Assembly (NCBI RefSeq): GCF_001194135.2
Contig: NC_068981.1
Location: 72,676,775-72,740,774 of the forward strand
DNA length: 64,000 nucleotides
Direction: 5' to 3'
DNA from: Octopus bimaculoides
Taxonomy: Eukaryota
Shown here: piece after piece, positions 39,068-53,315 of the stretch
Numbering within the stretch: the first letter of the stretch is position 1
How the letters are laid out: each line of letters opens with the position of its first letter
The notes under the pieces: generated by a model
Database searches by the model: none
Told to the model about the DNA's origin: nothing
Seen by the model: only the letters and a program-made list of their open reading frames with translations
Program-made: the position numbers and the translations under genes

Positions 39068-39365
39068 TACTAGCACTTCGTCGGTTACGACGATGAGGGT
39101 TCCAGTTGATTCGATCAATGGAGCAGCCTCCTCATAAAATTAACGTGCAAGTGGCTGAGCAGTCCGCAAACGCGTGTACATTAACATAGTTCTCAAGGAA
39201 ATTCCGCGTGACGCAGAATGTGACAAGAGTATCCATTTTTGCCATCTGGACTGGAGCAACGTGAAATGAAGTGTCTTGCTCGAGGGCACAACGTGCTGCG
39301 GAGAATTGAATTCATGACCTTACAATCGTTAGCCGAATACCCTAACCACTAAGCTTTCGCCTTCA
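39068..39365 (-). mobile_element. SINE family B with an internal deletion
   Basis: In-window homology. Confidence 0.85.
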
Positions 39366-39673
39366 CGGCATTTATAATAATGATATAGCAAATGAAATCA
39401 GTTAACTATAATTTTTTATCTTTCTTCCTTCCTTAAACCCACAACTCCTAAAAGAGTCGTATTGGTGTCATAGTCACAAACAGCATGTCGTGGACATTTT
39501 GAACCTGGAGGAACCCATCTCCCTCTTGGTATGACTACAGCCTCAGTTTCTTCCAGAGAGGAGGATAAAAGAAGAAAGAAATACTGAAAGCTATCGATAA
39601 CAGTAATGTAGTGGTACTTTATCTATCAACCCAGAAATAATAAAAGGCAAAGTTGATCGTGAGGTATTCTTAC

Positions 39674-39711
39674 CGATGTTCTGCCCACTCTTCCAATTCA
39701 TCATTATAATC
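39674..39711 (-). CDS. Candidate 38-nt exon (DYNDELEEWAEHR or IIMMNWKSGQNI)
   Basis: CG/GTAAGA donor, taaag acceptor (weak tract); two open frames. Confidence 0.3.
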
Positions 39712-40622
39712 CTTTATTTACGAGGCAATATGTTAATACGAGGAATGGCAATTATTTTTATAGTGGCGAGTAGTTACGTAGTTAATGAACTGGGTTTGCA
39801 AGTTAGTATAATAATCTATTTTATGAAGACGATCTCATACACAGCTGTGCAAATCTGAGGCACCATGCTCTTGTTTTTATTGTTGTGGTTGCTATTGTTG
39901 ATTTAGTTGCACAGCTTTACATTTTGTTCGGTTTTGAGATTAAATGCCTGGATTATTTCTGCCCCAAGCATTTTTAGTGCAAAAGATTTTCTGCATACAA
40001 TTTTGCGATGAAAGGACGATGCCAAAACGCCAGAAGCATTGGGCTCTTAGTGTATCGAAACAGGTGTGAGAATTAAATATCGAGTAGTTATCTTTGGGGA
40101 GATCTAAACAAAAGTGTTATGACTATTGAAGTGCTACTTGAAAACAGTAGATAAAAGAAGTAAAACTATTGGCAAAATAAACGGTTCGATAGCGTTGTGT
40201 AAATTGTTAGTATAATATGAATACATAAATGTTATTACAGCTAAGTAACGTGCCTTTGATAGCGCAATTGGTAGACTGTATGACTAGCTGATGTTTTTAC
40301 CGTATTGAATTTTTTTTATACAGAATTGTTCAGTCACACCGTTTTCTATCTGAGAAAATAAGCACTTTTCAGTAAATGGCGTATCCACCATTGAATGCTT
40401 TTCTCAAAATAGAAATATCACACCTTCTAATATCCGTCACCTCTACGTCAAAGACTTGATATATTGCTTAAGAATTTTTCTCTATAATTGTCACATATGG
40501 TACAGGGCATTTCATTCGATACTGTACAATTTTAAATGAATCCCCCCGGTCGATACCATTCATACACTAAACATTCAAAATTAAACTCGTATCTCATAGA
40601 AAACAATCTTTGTTATAATTAC

Positions 40623-40647
40623 CTAGCTGTTCCCCTGAGATGGTAGT
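40623..40647 (-). CDS. Candidate 25-nt exon (DYHLRGTA or TTISGEQL)
   Basis: gtttctttaattggttttaag acceptor and AG/GTAATT donor. Confidence 0.3.
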
Positions 40648-41578
40648 CTTAAAACCAATTAAAGAAACACTTATATTTTTCTTAGTACGATGTATAGTAT
40701 ACCCGTACAATCAGAATAATATTTTAAAAGAAACAACCTGAGACTAGTATTCAATAATTTCACCAACACAACTTACATTCCATGTATTTGACATATACTT
40801 ATTAGAACATATACATTGTCTGGTTAAATTCTGATTAATGCTTACTGCTTATTATCGAAACAATTATTTTGTCAATAATGTAGCAAACATTTCATAAACA
40901 TAATATAGATATCATTATGACATATCCTATATACAAAGCTGTTATACGTACAACACAGTGTGGTTAATTAATATAAATGAATTACCGTGTAAAATATATT
41001 ACTATCTTCCCTATTCAGATATATATTTCTATATTTGCCATTCACATATATAATATTCATAACAAACATTGGACATATACATTCTATAATGAATCATATA
41101 TTACTGAACATAATCTATTATTGAGTTATTTTTGTGAACATAACTGGAATAACATATTATAAGTAGCTATTTACGAAATATAGAGTTTAATATTTAATTT
41201 AACAAACCTTTCACTCAATTTTCTCTGGGAAGAAACTCTTGCCAATCAGCGCTCCATGATCATCACTTCTTTCTGCGAACAGCCTCAGATTGTTCTTACA
41301 TCTAGGATATATACGTGCGTGTGCGCGTGTGTGTGTGTGTGCACTTGCATGTGTGCGTCTGTCCATCTGTATGAGTGGTTCTGTGTGTATCTAGGTATAT
41401 ATGTACGCATATATCAAATTTTAGTGTAGGAGATAATGTTTCGTTGAGCATTTTCACCTTGAAAAGAGTATCGTGACCCACGTCGCTAGATCTATCAATT
41501 GAAACACTTTATAAAACATTATGCAAACACATACATACATACAAACATACATACATGCATGCATACATACATACATTC

Positions 41579-41611
<33 letters not shown>

Positions 41612-41650
41612 TATATATACATATAAATAATATATATATTCTTATATTCA

Positions 41651-41868
41651 TTTACTTGTTTCAGTCATTTGACTGTGGCCATGCTGGAGCACTGCATTTA
41701 GTCGAGCAAATAGACCCCAGGACTTATTCTTTGTAAGCCAAGAACTTATTCTATCAGTCTCTGTTGCCGAACCGCCAGGTTGTGGGGACTTAAACACACC
41801 AGCATCGGTTGTCAACCGATGTTGGGGGAGACAAACACAGAGACACAAGCATATACACACATACATAA

Positions 41869-41902
<34 letters not shown>
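41651..41902 (-). mobile_element. SINE family C, 3' half, running into a gap
   Basis: tttcagtcatttgactgtggccatgctggagcac.. Confidence 0.9.
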
Positions 41903-41903
<1 letters not shown>

Positions 41904-42972
41904 NNNNNNNNNNNNNNNNNNNNNNNNNNNNNNNNNNNNNNNNNNNNNNNNNNNNNNNNNNNNNNNNNNNNNNNNNNNNNNNNNNNNNNNNNNNNNNNNN
42001 NNNNNNNNNNNNNNNNNNNNNNNNNNNNNNNNNNNNNNNNNNNNNNNNNNNNNNNNNNNNNNNNNNNNNNNNNNNNNNNNNNNNNNNNNNNNNNNNNNNN
42101 NNNNNNNNNNNNNNNNNNNNNNNNNNNNNNNNNNNNNNNNNNNNNNNNNNNNNNNNNNNNNNNNNNNNNNNNNNNNNNNNNNNNNNNNNNNNNNNNNNNN
42201 NNNNNNNNNNNNNNNNNNNNNNNNNNNNNNNNNNNNNNNNNNNNNNNNNNNNNNNNNNNNNNNNNNNNNNNNNNNNNNNNNNNNNNNNNNNNNNNNNNNN
42301 NNNNNNNNNNNNNNNNNNNNNNNNNNNNNNNNNNNNNNNNNNNNNNNNNNNNNNNNNNNNNNNNNNNNNNNNNNNNNNNNNNNNNNNNNNNNNNNNNNNN
42401 NNNNNNNNNNNNNNNNNNNNNNNNNNNNNNNNNNNNNNNNNNNNNNNNNNNNNNNNNNNNNNNNNNNNNNNATATACATATATATAATAGCAAAATAAAT
42501 GTTATGATGGAAGAGGATAAAAAAATAAAACCCTTTTTGAAATTTAAACATCATTGTTTGCTTCCAATGTTTCAATGTGTAATTAGAATTTAACAGTAGC
42601 ACGTACAACCAGGAAATTCACCTCTACAACTTTGACTCATAATTTAGAGATTTTGGATGTTTGGGTGTACGTGCTAATTTCCAGTTTTATATTGTAGCAC
42701 TGTAGGAAGATAATCACGTTTAAATTTAGAAAATTATGAATCAAAAGAACGAGCAAACGAATGATCTGTTTCTCGGTTATTCTAACAGAGCCAGTGGAGG
42801 AACATGTGTATTCCACTTTCCTCGAATAACGGAACTGCAATTACAATATCTTTATATATTTTATTTCTACTTTCATTCACTTATTCCCTTCTATACTCCC
42901 TATCTCCTCTTTTTCCATAATAATTCTTTATTTCGAACTCAAATATTTACCTCTATTGAACCATCTCACACT

Positions 42973-43021
42973 GTCTCTGATGAGGTGGTAGTCCATTATA
43001 TCCCAGAAACAGCTGTAAGAC
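42973..43021 (+). ncRNA. Type I hammerhead-like motif at a probable Penelope-type end
   Basis: gtct-CTGATGA-(22 nt, poorly paired stem II)-GAAA-cagctg-TA-agac; palindromic stem III acagctgt and GUA site. Confidence 0.55.
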
Positions 43022-43114
43022 TATATCTATACCTTTTTCGTTATAAATATCTTGAAGACTCCTCACTGCCTTGGCTTTGTTTTCTCATTTTGACTAATAT
43101 ATATACACACACAC

Positions 43115-43998
43115 ACGAGGGAGAGTCAAAAATTACACGCACTCTTGTTCTTTCAATGTATTTGCACAAAAGCATGGGATAAACAAGTACTTCATTTTTC
43201 TACATATAATCTCCTTCCTTTTCGATGCACTTTGTCCGGCGGACCACAAAGTTGCGTATTCCCTCTAAGAAACTTTTAAGGTTGGTCGTCCAACCATTTA
43301 TGCACCGCTTCCGTCACATCTTCCTGCGTAGGAAATCGACGACCTCGTTGAGCAGTTCATCGTAGGAAATCGACGACCATCAATGAGCAGTCCAAAGATA
43401 TAATAGTCGGAAGGGGCGAGATCTGGGCTATAGGCAGGATGTTGCAGCACCTCAAAGCTCAATTGCTTAATGGTTTTAACGGTCTGGGTGGCCGTTTATG
43501 GGTGTGCATTGTCATGCAACAACAAAGCTTTCTTCGACAATAAGCTTCAGCGTTTGATGCGAATTGCTGACTTCAGTTTGTTGGCCAGCAAAGCACTGTC
43601 TCTTGCACTGTTGATCATGCACTCCTTTTCCAGGTAGTTATGAGTATAGACTCTTTTGAGTCCCCCAAAAGGGTTAGCATCACTTTTCTTGCAGAAGACT
43701 GAGCCAGGATGTTTCCACTCCATACTCTTTCTTTTGGATTCTCATAATGAATTTCAGCACCTGACACACTTTCCAATCAGAGAAATGGATTCACTGCTCT
43801 TAGTTCTTCTTTGGTGTACATTGCTAGTGGAGAGGCCATGTTTACACTGTAAAGCCAGAAAGAAAAATGGCGCAATCGGGATCAAACTTCGATCACGTGA
43901 CTACGATAGTACCAACTATAAGCATGCATGCGCAGAAGTAGTATAACAATAATAAAGATATGTTATGGCGAAAGTGCGGTTAATTTATGATTTGCCGT

Positions 43999-44001
<3 letters not shown>
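43115..44001 (-). mobile_element. Internally deleted mariner (DD34D-type) transposon
   Basis: MASPLAMYTKEELRA N-terminus joined to SMEWKHPGS, HDNAHP and HPAYSPDLAPSDYYIFG; degenerate TIRs of about 30 bp at both ends; stops and frameshifts. Confidence 0.9.
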
Positions 44002-44072
<71 letters not shown>

Positions 44073-44977
44073 ATGATTGCAGCTATTGCCAGACATCGAT
44101 CATCGAAAATTTATAGAGCGAGACAATGGTATCGATATGTTCTCATAAGACGTTAAGAACAAGTTTCAAGATTATTTTTATTGATTTATTATGAGGACAT
44201 CAAATGGCTGGGCAGTTAGATTCATAGATTAGACCACTCAGCAAGAAATAGCAGCTAAATCTCCCTCAAATTATTTTCAAACATGTGACAGAGAGAAACA
44301 TGTAGAATAAATCTAAAATATACAGGAACGTTGAGGGTTAATCGTGAGTAAATCTTATTATTATGCATAAAAAGTGTGTATTTAAAAGTAAAGAAAATGT
44401 GTATCTAAGTGTAAGTAAGTAATATATCTAAGTATATTTAAAATGACAAATAGAACAAGTTGGAATTGAACATGTATTGTATAAGGAAACATTTCTTACA
44501 ACCATTTCCTCGTGTTTTATTATTTTTTTTTTATTGTCTTCATTTAGATGAACCTGGTATTTTGCCACTTGCTAACAATAAGAGCAAATGAATCAGGATG
44601 GGTGATTAATGATCTGTATATATTTTTATGTAGGCTTCATACATACATACATATGTGTNNNNNNNNNNNNNNNNNNNNNNNNNNNNNNNNNNNNNNNNNN
44701 NNNNNNNNNNNNNNNNNNNNNNNNNNNNNNNNNNNNNNNNNNNNNNNNNNNNNNNNNNNNNNNNNNNNNNNNNNNNNNNNNNNNNNNNNNNNNNNNNNNN
44801 NNNNNNNNNNNNNNNNNNNNNNNNNNNNNNNNNNNNNNNNNNNNNNNNNNNNNNNNNNNNNNNNNNNNNNNNNNNNNNNNNNNNNNNNNNNNNNNNNNNN
44901 NNNNNNNNNNNNNNNNNNNNNNNNNNNNNNNNNNNNNNNNNNNNNNNNNNNNNNNNNNNNNNNNNNNNNNNNNNNNT

Positions 44978-45080
44978 GGCTGTGTGGTAAGTAGCTTGCT
45001 TACCAACCACATGGTTCCGAGTTCAGTCCCAATGCCTGGTACCTTGGATAAGTGTTTTCTACTATAACCTCGGGCCAAGC
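44978..45080 (+). mobile_element. SINE family C, 5' fragment
   Basis: tggctgtgtggtaagtagcttgcttaccaaccacatggttcc. Confidence 0.85.
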
Positions 45081-45139
45081 AATAATAAATCTCTGAGCGA
45101 GATATAAACAGTAGCAGCACGACATCGTGAAGTATATTT

Positions 45140-45456
45140 GCCATCTAAATGTGGCTGACCCATATGGGACGATGTAGTTTATAGCCCCAGGAAGACATCT
45201 CCTCCAGCTGGCTAATGATACACTGTCTGTACCCTATCAGTATTTCCAAAGAGAAATCATCGTTCCCATCTTTAGCGGATCCGGGTTTCTGGGTAGTAAC
45301 CCGTCATCAGCGTGTGACAATCACCGGCTAGGGATGAGAGGTGATATTTGCAATGCAAATACATATGCTTTTTCCATTTGTTCTCATGGAGTTAAAATAT
45401 CGCAGTAGAGACCGCTCGAACAGGCAGTCATGTTAAAGTGGCTACGATTATTACTT
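45140..45456. mobile_element. Diverged relative of the 14726-15107 foldback MITE
   Basis: 45399-45456 matches the terminal arm closely; gacatctcctccagctgg at about 45195 matches the inner left arm. Confidence 0.6.
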
Positions 45457-45515
45457 GCCAGTACAACTACTGAGCTGATCTCTCAGAGAGATTTTAGAAC
45501 TAGCATTTTTGTTTT

Positions 45516-45629
<114 letters not shown>

Positions 45630-46492
45630 GAGACGAGTTGATAGACACAGATATGTGTGTCTGTATATATAACAACGTATTAAATTTTTTCTAAGCTTCA
45701 TAGGAGTTTCAAACAACGATTAGTAGATCGAGTTTCATAGTGTTTTAACAGATTAGTAACACATTTTATTCTAATCGAAGGATGGTCTATGACAAATAAC
45801 ATTTCTAGGTCATCTGATATATATTCGCGACAGTTAAAGACACAACGGTAATATGAAATAATTTGTTCAGCAAGACGAAGCATTAGTTGTGAATTTACAC
45901 TCACATATGTAAATATATGTCTACGCAAATGCATAGTGAAAGGAGGAGAGATTAATTTTATATATATAGATTTACGTGTGTTATGTGTAGATATTTATGT
46001 GAAACACACCCGTGTATATACGCCCTCATAGATTCATACATATATGTTGACACATGCATACACTTATATGGCTGTTATGAGAAATAAGTATTGTTATCGT
46101 TCGAATTAGTTGTGGGAAGAGTAGGATAGCAAAAACGAAGAATGAAGTTAGCACGGAGAATGCTTAGAGAAAAGGAAAGTAAATTTAAACAAACGAATGT
46201 AGCTCGTTTGAAGAGCAAATCTCGAAAGACAAAGAAAATCATTTTTAATCTTTGCTTATTGTACGAAAAATTATCACATGAGATATAGCTATTTTTATTG
46301 TTTAACCCCAAACCAAATCTGATTGTGAGAGATATTGTACATAGATATTAAGCCAAAGAACGTATAACAATCTACAAATATCAAGCTTTGTCTAAACTAT
46401 CATGGCTTTTCTATAACGAACTTTTTGTCGTCAGATAGGCGCTTTAACTGTGTCCATGTCATTTATCTTTATCTTTTATCTTTGAATTGATT

Positions 46493-46640
46493 CAGTCATT
46501 TGACTGTGGGGCACCATGGTGAGGCACCCCGTCTTGAAGGGTTATGGTCGTACAAATTGACCCTACGAATTATTCTGTTTGTCTCATTAGCCGAACCGCT
46601 AAGTTATGGGACACAAATACACCAACACCGGTTGTCAATA
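46493..46640 (-). mobile_element. SINE family C, 3' half, diverged
   Basis: In-window homology. Confidence 0.75.
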
Positions 46641-46675
46641 TTATATATATATATATATTTATACACACATATATG

Positions 46676-46719
<44 letters not shown>

Positions 46720-47565
46720 ACTGGGTTAGTTATCCAGTATATCCATTTTGTTTATTTTAAGACAGTATGGCAAAATTTGAGGGAGATGTAGTTGATCGAC
46801 CTTGTGGAGTCTTAGTCGTTGAATCTCTTTAAATTTAGTGTAAGTTAATGCCGCAAATAGAAATGTATCTGATAAAGATAGTTGCCAGATTAAAGTGCTT
46901 GAGGTGAGGTTCTCACTCGCTCTAACTGCGACTTAAGATATTTAACGTAAAGAACGAGAAAGCCAACTGTCAGTCTCAGCAACGTATTTGTTAAATAGGT
47001 GCTTACAAGGGTTACAATAGATGATATGAAAGAAATACTATTGAATAGATAGCAGTTTGTAAGATCATAAAACGTATTATCTATCTCAAAGGTGTATTAC
47101 AATGAAATGTTGAGAGTTAGCTATCAGTGGCAGATAATGTACTTCTAATACTAGACCATACAGAGTTTTAACGTTCTTAAATGAAAATGATTTTTGAAGA
47201 TTAAAGACGAGCTTCTATAGAATTCCCGTCTACAGAATTCCACATAAGAGGTATGTGTTTATATTCTCTTTTTAAAACCACACAGATTTTCGAATGCTTA
47301 AATTCATTTCATTTTTTTCTGGTTTACGTTGTGTTGTGCACAGATAGATGTTTTTAATAACGAACCGCCAAGGGTGCTTTATAAGCAGCTGATCAATTGA
47401 TTCAGGAAGGTCTTCAAGGAGCGGTTAATAAAGCGCTAAACTGTGCGTCAGGAGACTCCCACTTGGTTTTCCTTGTACATCAATATTATGGAAAGAATGC
47501 ATTTACCTTCTTGTTGATACTTACTCACAGTGCAGCTTTATGATATATATATATATATATATATA

Positions 47566-48400
47566 TATGAGGAGGAATCAAAGAGTTCCCAGGCTACTTA
47601 TGCTTAATAAAAAACAACTTATTTACCTAAGTTTTAAAATAATCTCCTTCAAAAGAGTCACTTTGTGCAGCAGTGTATTGGTCCCAACGTTCCTACCACT
47701 TTTGGAATCGTTTTCCGTAAGCGAGTCGAGATCCTTCTGCAATTCGCTCTCGATCTCGACAACGGTGTTAAAACAGCAACCTTTGAGCTGCATTTTCATC
47801 TTGGAGAAGAGATGGAAGTCTACAGGCGGAAATCTTGCGAATAGGGTGAGTGCGGAAGCGATACCATGTTGCATTTTGGCAAGAAACTGACGAGTGAGTA
47901 GAGCTCGGTGACAGGATGTATTGTAGTCGTAAAGAATTCCGTAGTTAGGATTGCCAACATGGACCCAAACAACCGACCAATAATATCAGCAAGTTGTTGA
48001 TTGTCCTCTGACGATCATCATGCACAAGCTGATGAATTTTCTCCACATTTCCGGGGATGACGCCCGTGGCAGGTATTTCAGATCGCACATCGTTTACAGG
48101 GACGTTCTTTCGGTTTTGAAGCGCCTGTACCACTCGAAACATTGTTTACGACTCGTTGCCACGTCACTGTAAGGTTGCCGAAGCATGCTCAATGTCTCTG
48201 TAGCAGACTTCCCAAGTTTAACGTAAAATTTCACGTTGGTTCTTTGTTCCTGTTCATGACAAAATCGCAGATTACATCATAGACGTGATCTCACAAACGA
48301 AAAAATTTCACATGCTACATAAACACAGCAATGTCACTCAGCACAATGTCTCATAGATGTTATTGCAAGCGACCACTGTGCACGCAGCTCTTTCATCCCA
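47566..48400 (-). mobile_element. Internally deleted mariner transposon (second family)
   Basis: EQRTNVKFYVKLGKSATETLSMLRQPYSD..KQCFEWYRRFK (HTH) and C-terminal FHLFSKMKMQLKG..F.TVVEIESE; one TIR (tgaggaggaatcaaagagttcc) seen. Confidence 0.9.
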
Positions 48401-49937
48401 CCTTGTGTATATATTTTCTGGAAGCGTAAAAAAATCTACTCTTTTCATAATGGACAGAAGAATGGGAATTTTTTGTGGGTTCCAGAATACGATACCTTAT
48501 TTTCTCGAAGAATAGTAATTGTATATTCAATTTCCACTTCAGTGTGGAAATTCTTTTTCCTTGAAGACCTATCTAACAAAAATTAAAAAAATAAAAATAA
48601 TGAAAGAAAAGATGTTGGTTTAACTTAGCGATCCAAGTTGTGATTGAAGAAATTTACGTACAACGTTTGATTTAGACATTAAAAGAAACTTGTACGTTTC
48701 TATCTAAAAGAATCCTAAACATACAGTTCTTAACATTTAATTACTATATTCAAACTTTTGTCATAAAAGACAATTGGATACCAACCTATCGCCTATTTTC
48801 TAAACGTATAATGTTAATCTCTTCTGTCTTACCAAAGGTATTGTTCGTTAAGAATGAAGGGAAAAACTAAAAAAATTTCAGAGTTTGCTTTTACTTCATA
48901 AAACTCTGTATTCAACTTTATAGAACATGTTTTTCTCGGGAATAATGTTATTAAGAATGTATAGAGTAGAGGAAGAATAGTAGCGTTTGGGTCAATGATA
49001 TTACTCAAATTGCAATATATACCTCAACGCGTTGAACTTGCAAAAGTGCTTGGCAAATATTTTGCCCGTGCAGGGCTGTATTTATTGGAGAACTCTGTCG
49101 AAAAAGTTAGCAGTTGGACTCATACATTGTATGGATCTAACTGCTGACAATTTTAAGGGCAGATTCTTGCAATATTTCTACTTATGTAAGACAAGGGGCA
49201 GAGGAAAGAAATTCAACGTCTGCTACAGTTCGGGAAATCAAAGATCAGATAATGACATGCACGTACACCCACTTCCTAATATACGATATCGTTAACAGGG
49301 TCTAGCCATATTTTAACAAGTACAGATCTGTAGAGTTTGCCCGACATTTCATTTAGGCAAAATCAACCAACGCAACTTGCACTATATTTTCACCGAAGAT
49401 CAGAAGTATTGTTTAATTGCCACCAACGATGACGATTACTTAAGTAAAACTTCCATTCTTCGTACGTTCTTAATACACATCGAATTTTTCTATTCCTAAT
49501 CGTCTTTACCAATAAAGTATAAGTCCTAGCACACGAAACCTCTCTCAACAGCACACTGTTGTACAAGAACAGTGGATTTGTAGGCCGCAACAAGTCTGAT
49601 CGCTTAATCAGCCTTATGCACTAAGAGCCGCTCTCTAGACATCAATTTCCGCCGTTGTCTTTCACATCTACATCATCACTTGAAGAATCCCGGATATCAA
49701 TTTAATTTGTGTGCCTGTAAGAAACACTGAAAGGTGGTGTAGTTCACCAATAACTCTTTTTCTAATAAATGCAAGTTCCACATACACTGAGTTCTATTTA
49801 CTTCTGTTTCTACTTAAATACATTACATCGATGAATTGCGCGGAGCGAACGAGAGAGGTGTACTCATTACGTGTTGTGGGAAATATGACTTATGAAAACT
49901 CGAGTCGCGGGATAAAGAGTATGTACGTATATGTGTG

Positions 49938-49973
<36 letters not shown>

Positions 49974-50213
49974 NNNNNNNNNNTTATTATTATTATTATT
50001 ATTTATATTATTATATGATCGAATTCCAAGTAAGTTTTATTTTAATAATTCCGATACGCACTCTACAGCTATCTCTATTCTATCTCCCTCTCTTGTTCTT
50101 CTTCCTTTCTGTCCCCCCCCCCACCTTTTCTCTAATTCTTCTCCTCTCCCCTTCACTGTTCTCTTTCTCTCCCTCTCTCTCCCTCACTCTTCCTCCTTGA
50201 CGCTCACGTTACT

Positions 50214-50650
50214 CACACGTGACCAACAGCTGTCTTTCTTTCTTCTACTTCCTTACAAAAGACAAGGCGTGTTTTTGCCTGTCTCTTCTCAAAGCTCATT
50301 TCTCCAGCGTTCACCACTTCACCTTGTTATGGTTTAACAACCCTTACTGTTTGGTTTTACTATTTTGTTCTCACTGTCCTGTTTTTGTTACCACTTTAAC
50401 CCTCCGCAAATCACAATTTCTTTTTAATTTGCCGGAAGGACTGTTTTAACGAAGTCGCGTCTTGCCCCTACGTTCGAAACGCGGAGTAGATAAAACAGGG
50501 GACAACCGATGAAGGGCATGTTCTTTCTGTTGCCTGTGTCGTTTCTCCATTTGTTTCTTTCGTTGTTCAAAGAAATGTTCGTTTTCCATGTTTTTGTCTT
50601 TTATATTCTTGTTTCTCATTTAGTTCAGGTTTTTTTGACGTCCCGTATCT
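50214..50650 (+). mobile_element. Probable Penelope-type terminal repeat, degenerate
   Basis: T-rich block with cgaaacgcg and ccgatgaagg motifs; recalled as an octopus repeat, not verified. Confidence 0.3.
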
Positions 50651-50787
50651 ATATATGCATGTATGTATACATATATATGTAGGTATGTACGTATATGTAT
50701 GTATATATGCATATATATATATATATTATTTATATTATATATATATATATATATGCATATACATGAATGGATATGTATACGGCTATA

Positions 50788-50832
<45 letters not shown>

Positions 50833-50846
50833 ATACACAAGCACAC

Positions 50847-50884
<38 letters not shown>

Positions 50885-51548
50885 ATGTTGCAAATTTTCT
50901 GTAAAAATATGCCAATCATAAAATACCAGCTTCAGAAATTTAAATATATTCGATGCAAATATCGTACAGGGATTACACTTACGTTGTCAGTGTCAGTTGG
51001 AAAATAGCAGTTTAGCCACGTAACGACAGAAAGTTATGGCTTCATTTCAGAAAATATGTCTGTTATCAGAAGCTGGGTATTCTTCAATGTTCAGTAAATC
51101 TGTTAGCATACTCACTCACACACTCACAACTATATGAAAACAAAAGTTATGTATTTGTGTGATATTCTGAAAAAAATTAGCTGTATCGCTTCGTATATAA
51201 TTTTAAACGAGAATTTGGCTTCTCTTATTTTGTGATTAGTTTACACTTCTTATATTTCGATGCATTGTGTGTGTGTGTGTGTGTTTGTGTGTGTGTGTAT
51301 GGGTGTGTGTGTGTGTGTGTGTGTGTCGGTGTGTTTGTTCATTTGGGTTTATAAGTGTAAACCTGTATCATTACATATGCATACAAAGATATATATGTGC
51401 ACAAAAGTTAAAACTTACGCTGCACATGTACACATACATACACGAAAACCCACGCACACCTACATATAGATATAGATAGACAGACAAACAGACACATACA
51501 TGCATGTAAGCGTAGCACATGCATAACACACATGCACACACACACACA

Positions 51549-51582
<34 letters not shown>

Positions 51583-51840
51583 NNNNNNNNNNNNNNNNNN
51601 NNNNNNNNNNNNNNNNNNNNNNNNNNNNNNNNNNNNNNNNNNNNNNNNNNNNNNNNNNNNNNNNNNNNNNNNNNNNNNNNNNNNNNNNNNNNNNNNNNNN
51701 NNNNNNNNNNNNNNNNNNNNNNNNNNNNNNNNNNNNNNNNNNNNNNNNNNNNNNNNNNNNNNNNNNNNNNNNNNNNNNNNNNNNNNNNNNNNNNNNNNNN
51801 NNNNNNNNNNNNNNNNNNNNNNNNNNNNNNNNNNNNNNNN

Positions 51841-51878
<38 letters not shown>

Positions 51879-51957
51879 GTATATATATATCATTCAGTGT
51901 GTTACATACTTTTGATAATATGGGTGTGCGCATGCATTTTTATATCCTTCCTTCCAA

Positions 51958-52133
51958 TTGGTTTCAAATTTTAGCACATGACCAGCATTTTCGCGGTCGG
52001 GAGTAAGTCGATTACATCGACCCCATCGTTTAGCTTGCACTTACTTCATCAACTCCAAAAATATGATAAAGTCGACCTCATCCGCATTTGACGGACGGAA
52101 TGCTGCTAAGCGTTTCGATTCTGCCAGGTTGCC
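51958..52133 (-). mobile_element. SINE family A
   Basis: In-window homology. Confidence 0.75.
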
Positions 52134-52789
52134 GTCTTATCTTTCATTTTGATTGACGATACTTTTTTTTTATGTCGTATGAAGTCTTTGTAAAAATATC
52201 CATTATCAAATCATTGCCAAGGGTAAAACTCACTTTCATAAAAATATCATTGTTAATAAATAACTCTTGAGATATTATTAATTTCATAAAACGGTCAGAC
52301 ATATGGCGTTACAGGTGGTAATGTGTTTTGTTCCTATTTCAATAAAAATAATCTATTTTATGAAGTGTTTTGTTTTTAACTCTATTAGTCCCCCTTTCCT
52401 TCTATTGCATTTATTTGTTAGTAATCAGTTATATTCTTAAGTTTTCTTTAATTCAAAGGCATATCTAAAATTCCATCTTATATTTACTGATTTCCATATC
52501 AGTAAAACAACGTACTTCTTAAGTAGCTGTCTCCATTATTGATGCTTGAATTAAAATAATTTATTATACAACTTCTCTTCTTACTCTTTTCTCTTTACAA
52601 GTAGATAACATTCTATATGTTAACATCATGGCAGCACGGTTATATATTCTCTTGCATGTTTACCTCAGAATAATGTAATCACTTTTAAAGTTAGTTCTGT
52701 AGGCTTTCATTCCAGGGTTCTAGTCCTTGATCCGTCATTTATTCTTCATAAGGTACCATCTAAATTTGCACAGTTGAGGCGAGTGAACA

Positions 52790-52988
52790 GGGGCGTCACT
52801 AAGTAGTCACTCAACCTGTTAAAAACAGCAACTAAATCGCTCTGAATCAACATACTTCCCTTTTCAAGAAAAGATACTTTGGATAATTTATGTAGACTAT
52901 AATTGAAAAAGAAAAGACTGGATTATCATAATTGGAACGCATTTGATTGATCTGCTCAGTCAAAGCTGACACGAGGCTAAACATTAAA
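52790..52988 (+). mobile_element. Old SINE-like repeat (family D)
   Basis: cagcaactaaatcgctc motif shared with about 44250; tail gctgacacgaggctaaac. Confidence 0.45.
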
Positions 52989-53265
52989 ATCAGCAGCAAA
53001 TTAAGCCAATCATTGATCGGTTAGGTCGCCGATTTGCTAGAAATTGCAAACAGATATCCCTCAAATCATTGTCCCTGCATGTAAATGTCTGTGCGTACGT
53101 GCATGTCAGCCTGCATGTTTGCGTGTGTATGTGTGTGCATATGTGAGTGTGCGTGTACACATATCTGCATAAGATATACCAATTCACAGGTCCTTCGAAA
53201 AATTTGATATATGCTACCAAATACAATGGATACCGAGAAGAGTATTTTGGAAAAACTAAACTCAC

Positions 53266-53315
53266 TTAAAGAATGAAATTAACAATTCATCGTCATCAAG
53301 TGCGAGATCCAGGGA
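53266..53315 (-). CDS. Candidate exon (SLDLALDDDELLISFF)
   Basis: atttatctag acceptor, AA/GTGAGT donor, open frame. Confidence 0.25.

Noticed and set aside
40370-40485. RKILKQYIKSFDVEVTD segment loosely recalling an RGS-domain motif
   Set aside because: Short by-eye similarity, with an in-frame stop downstream and no strong donor; needs an HMM search before any gene name is used.
45278-45318. CTGATGA-cgggt tact accca-GAAA on the minus strand
   Set aside because: Core and stem II are present, but no stem III/NUH with a pairing stem I was found.
50426-50520. Possible decayed hammerhead (cggaagg..gaaacgcggagta)
   Set aside because: Core has several substitutions and stems are ambiguous; cannot be supported from this copy.
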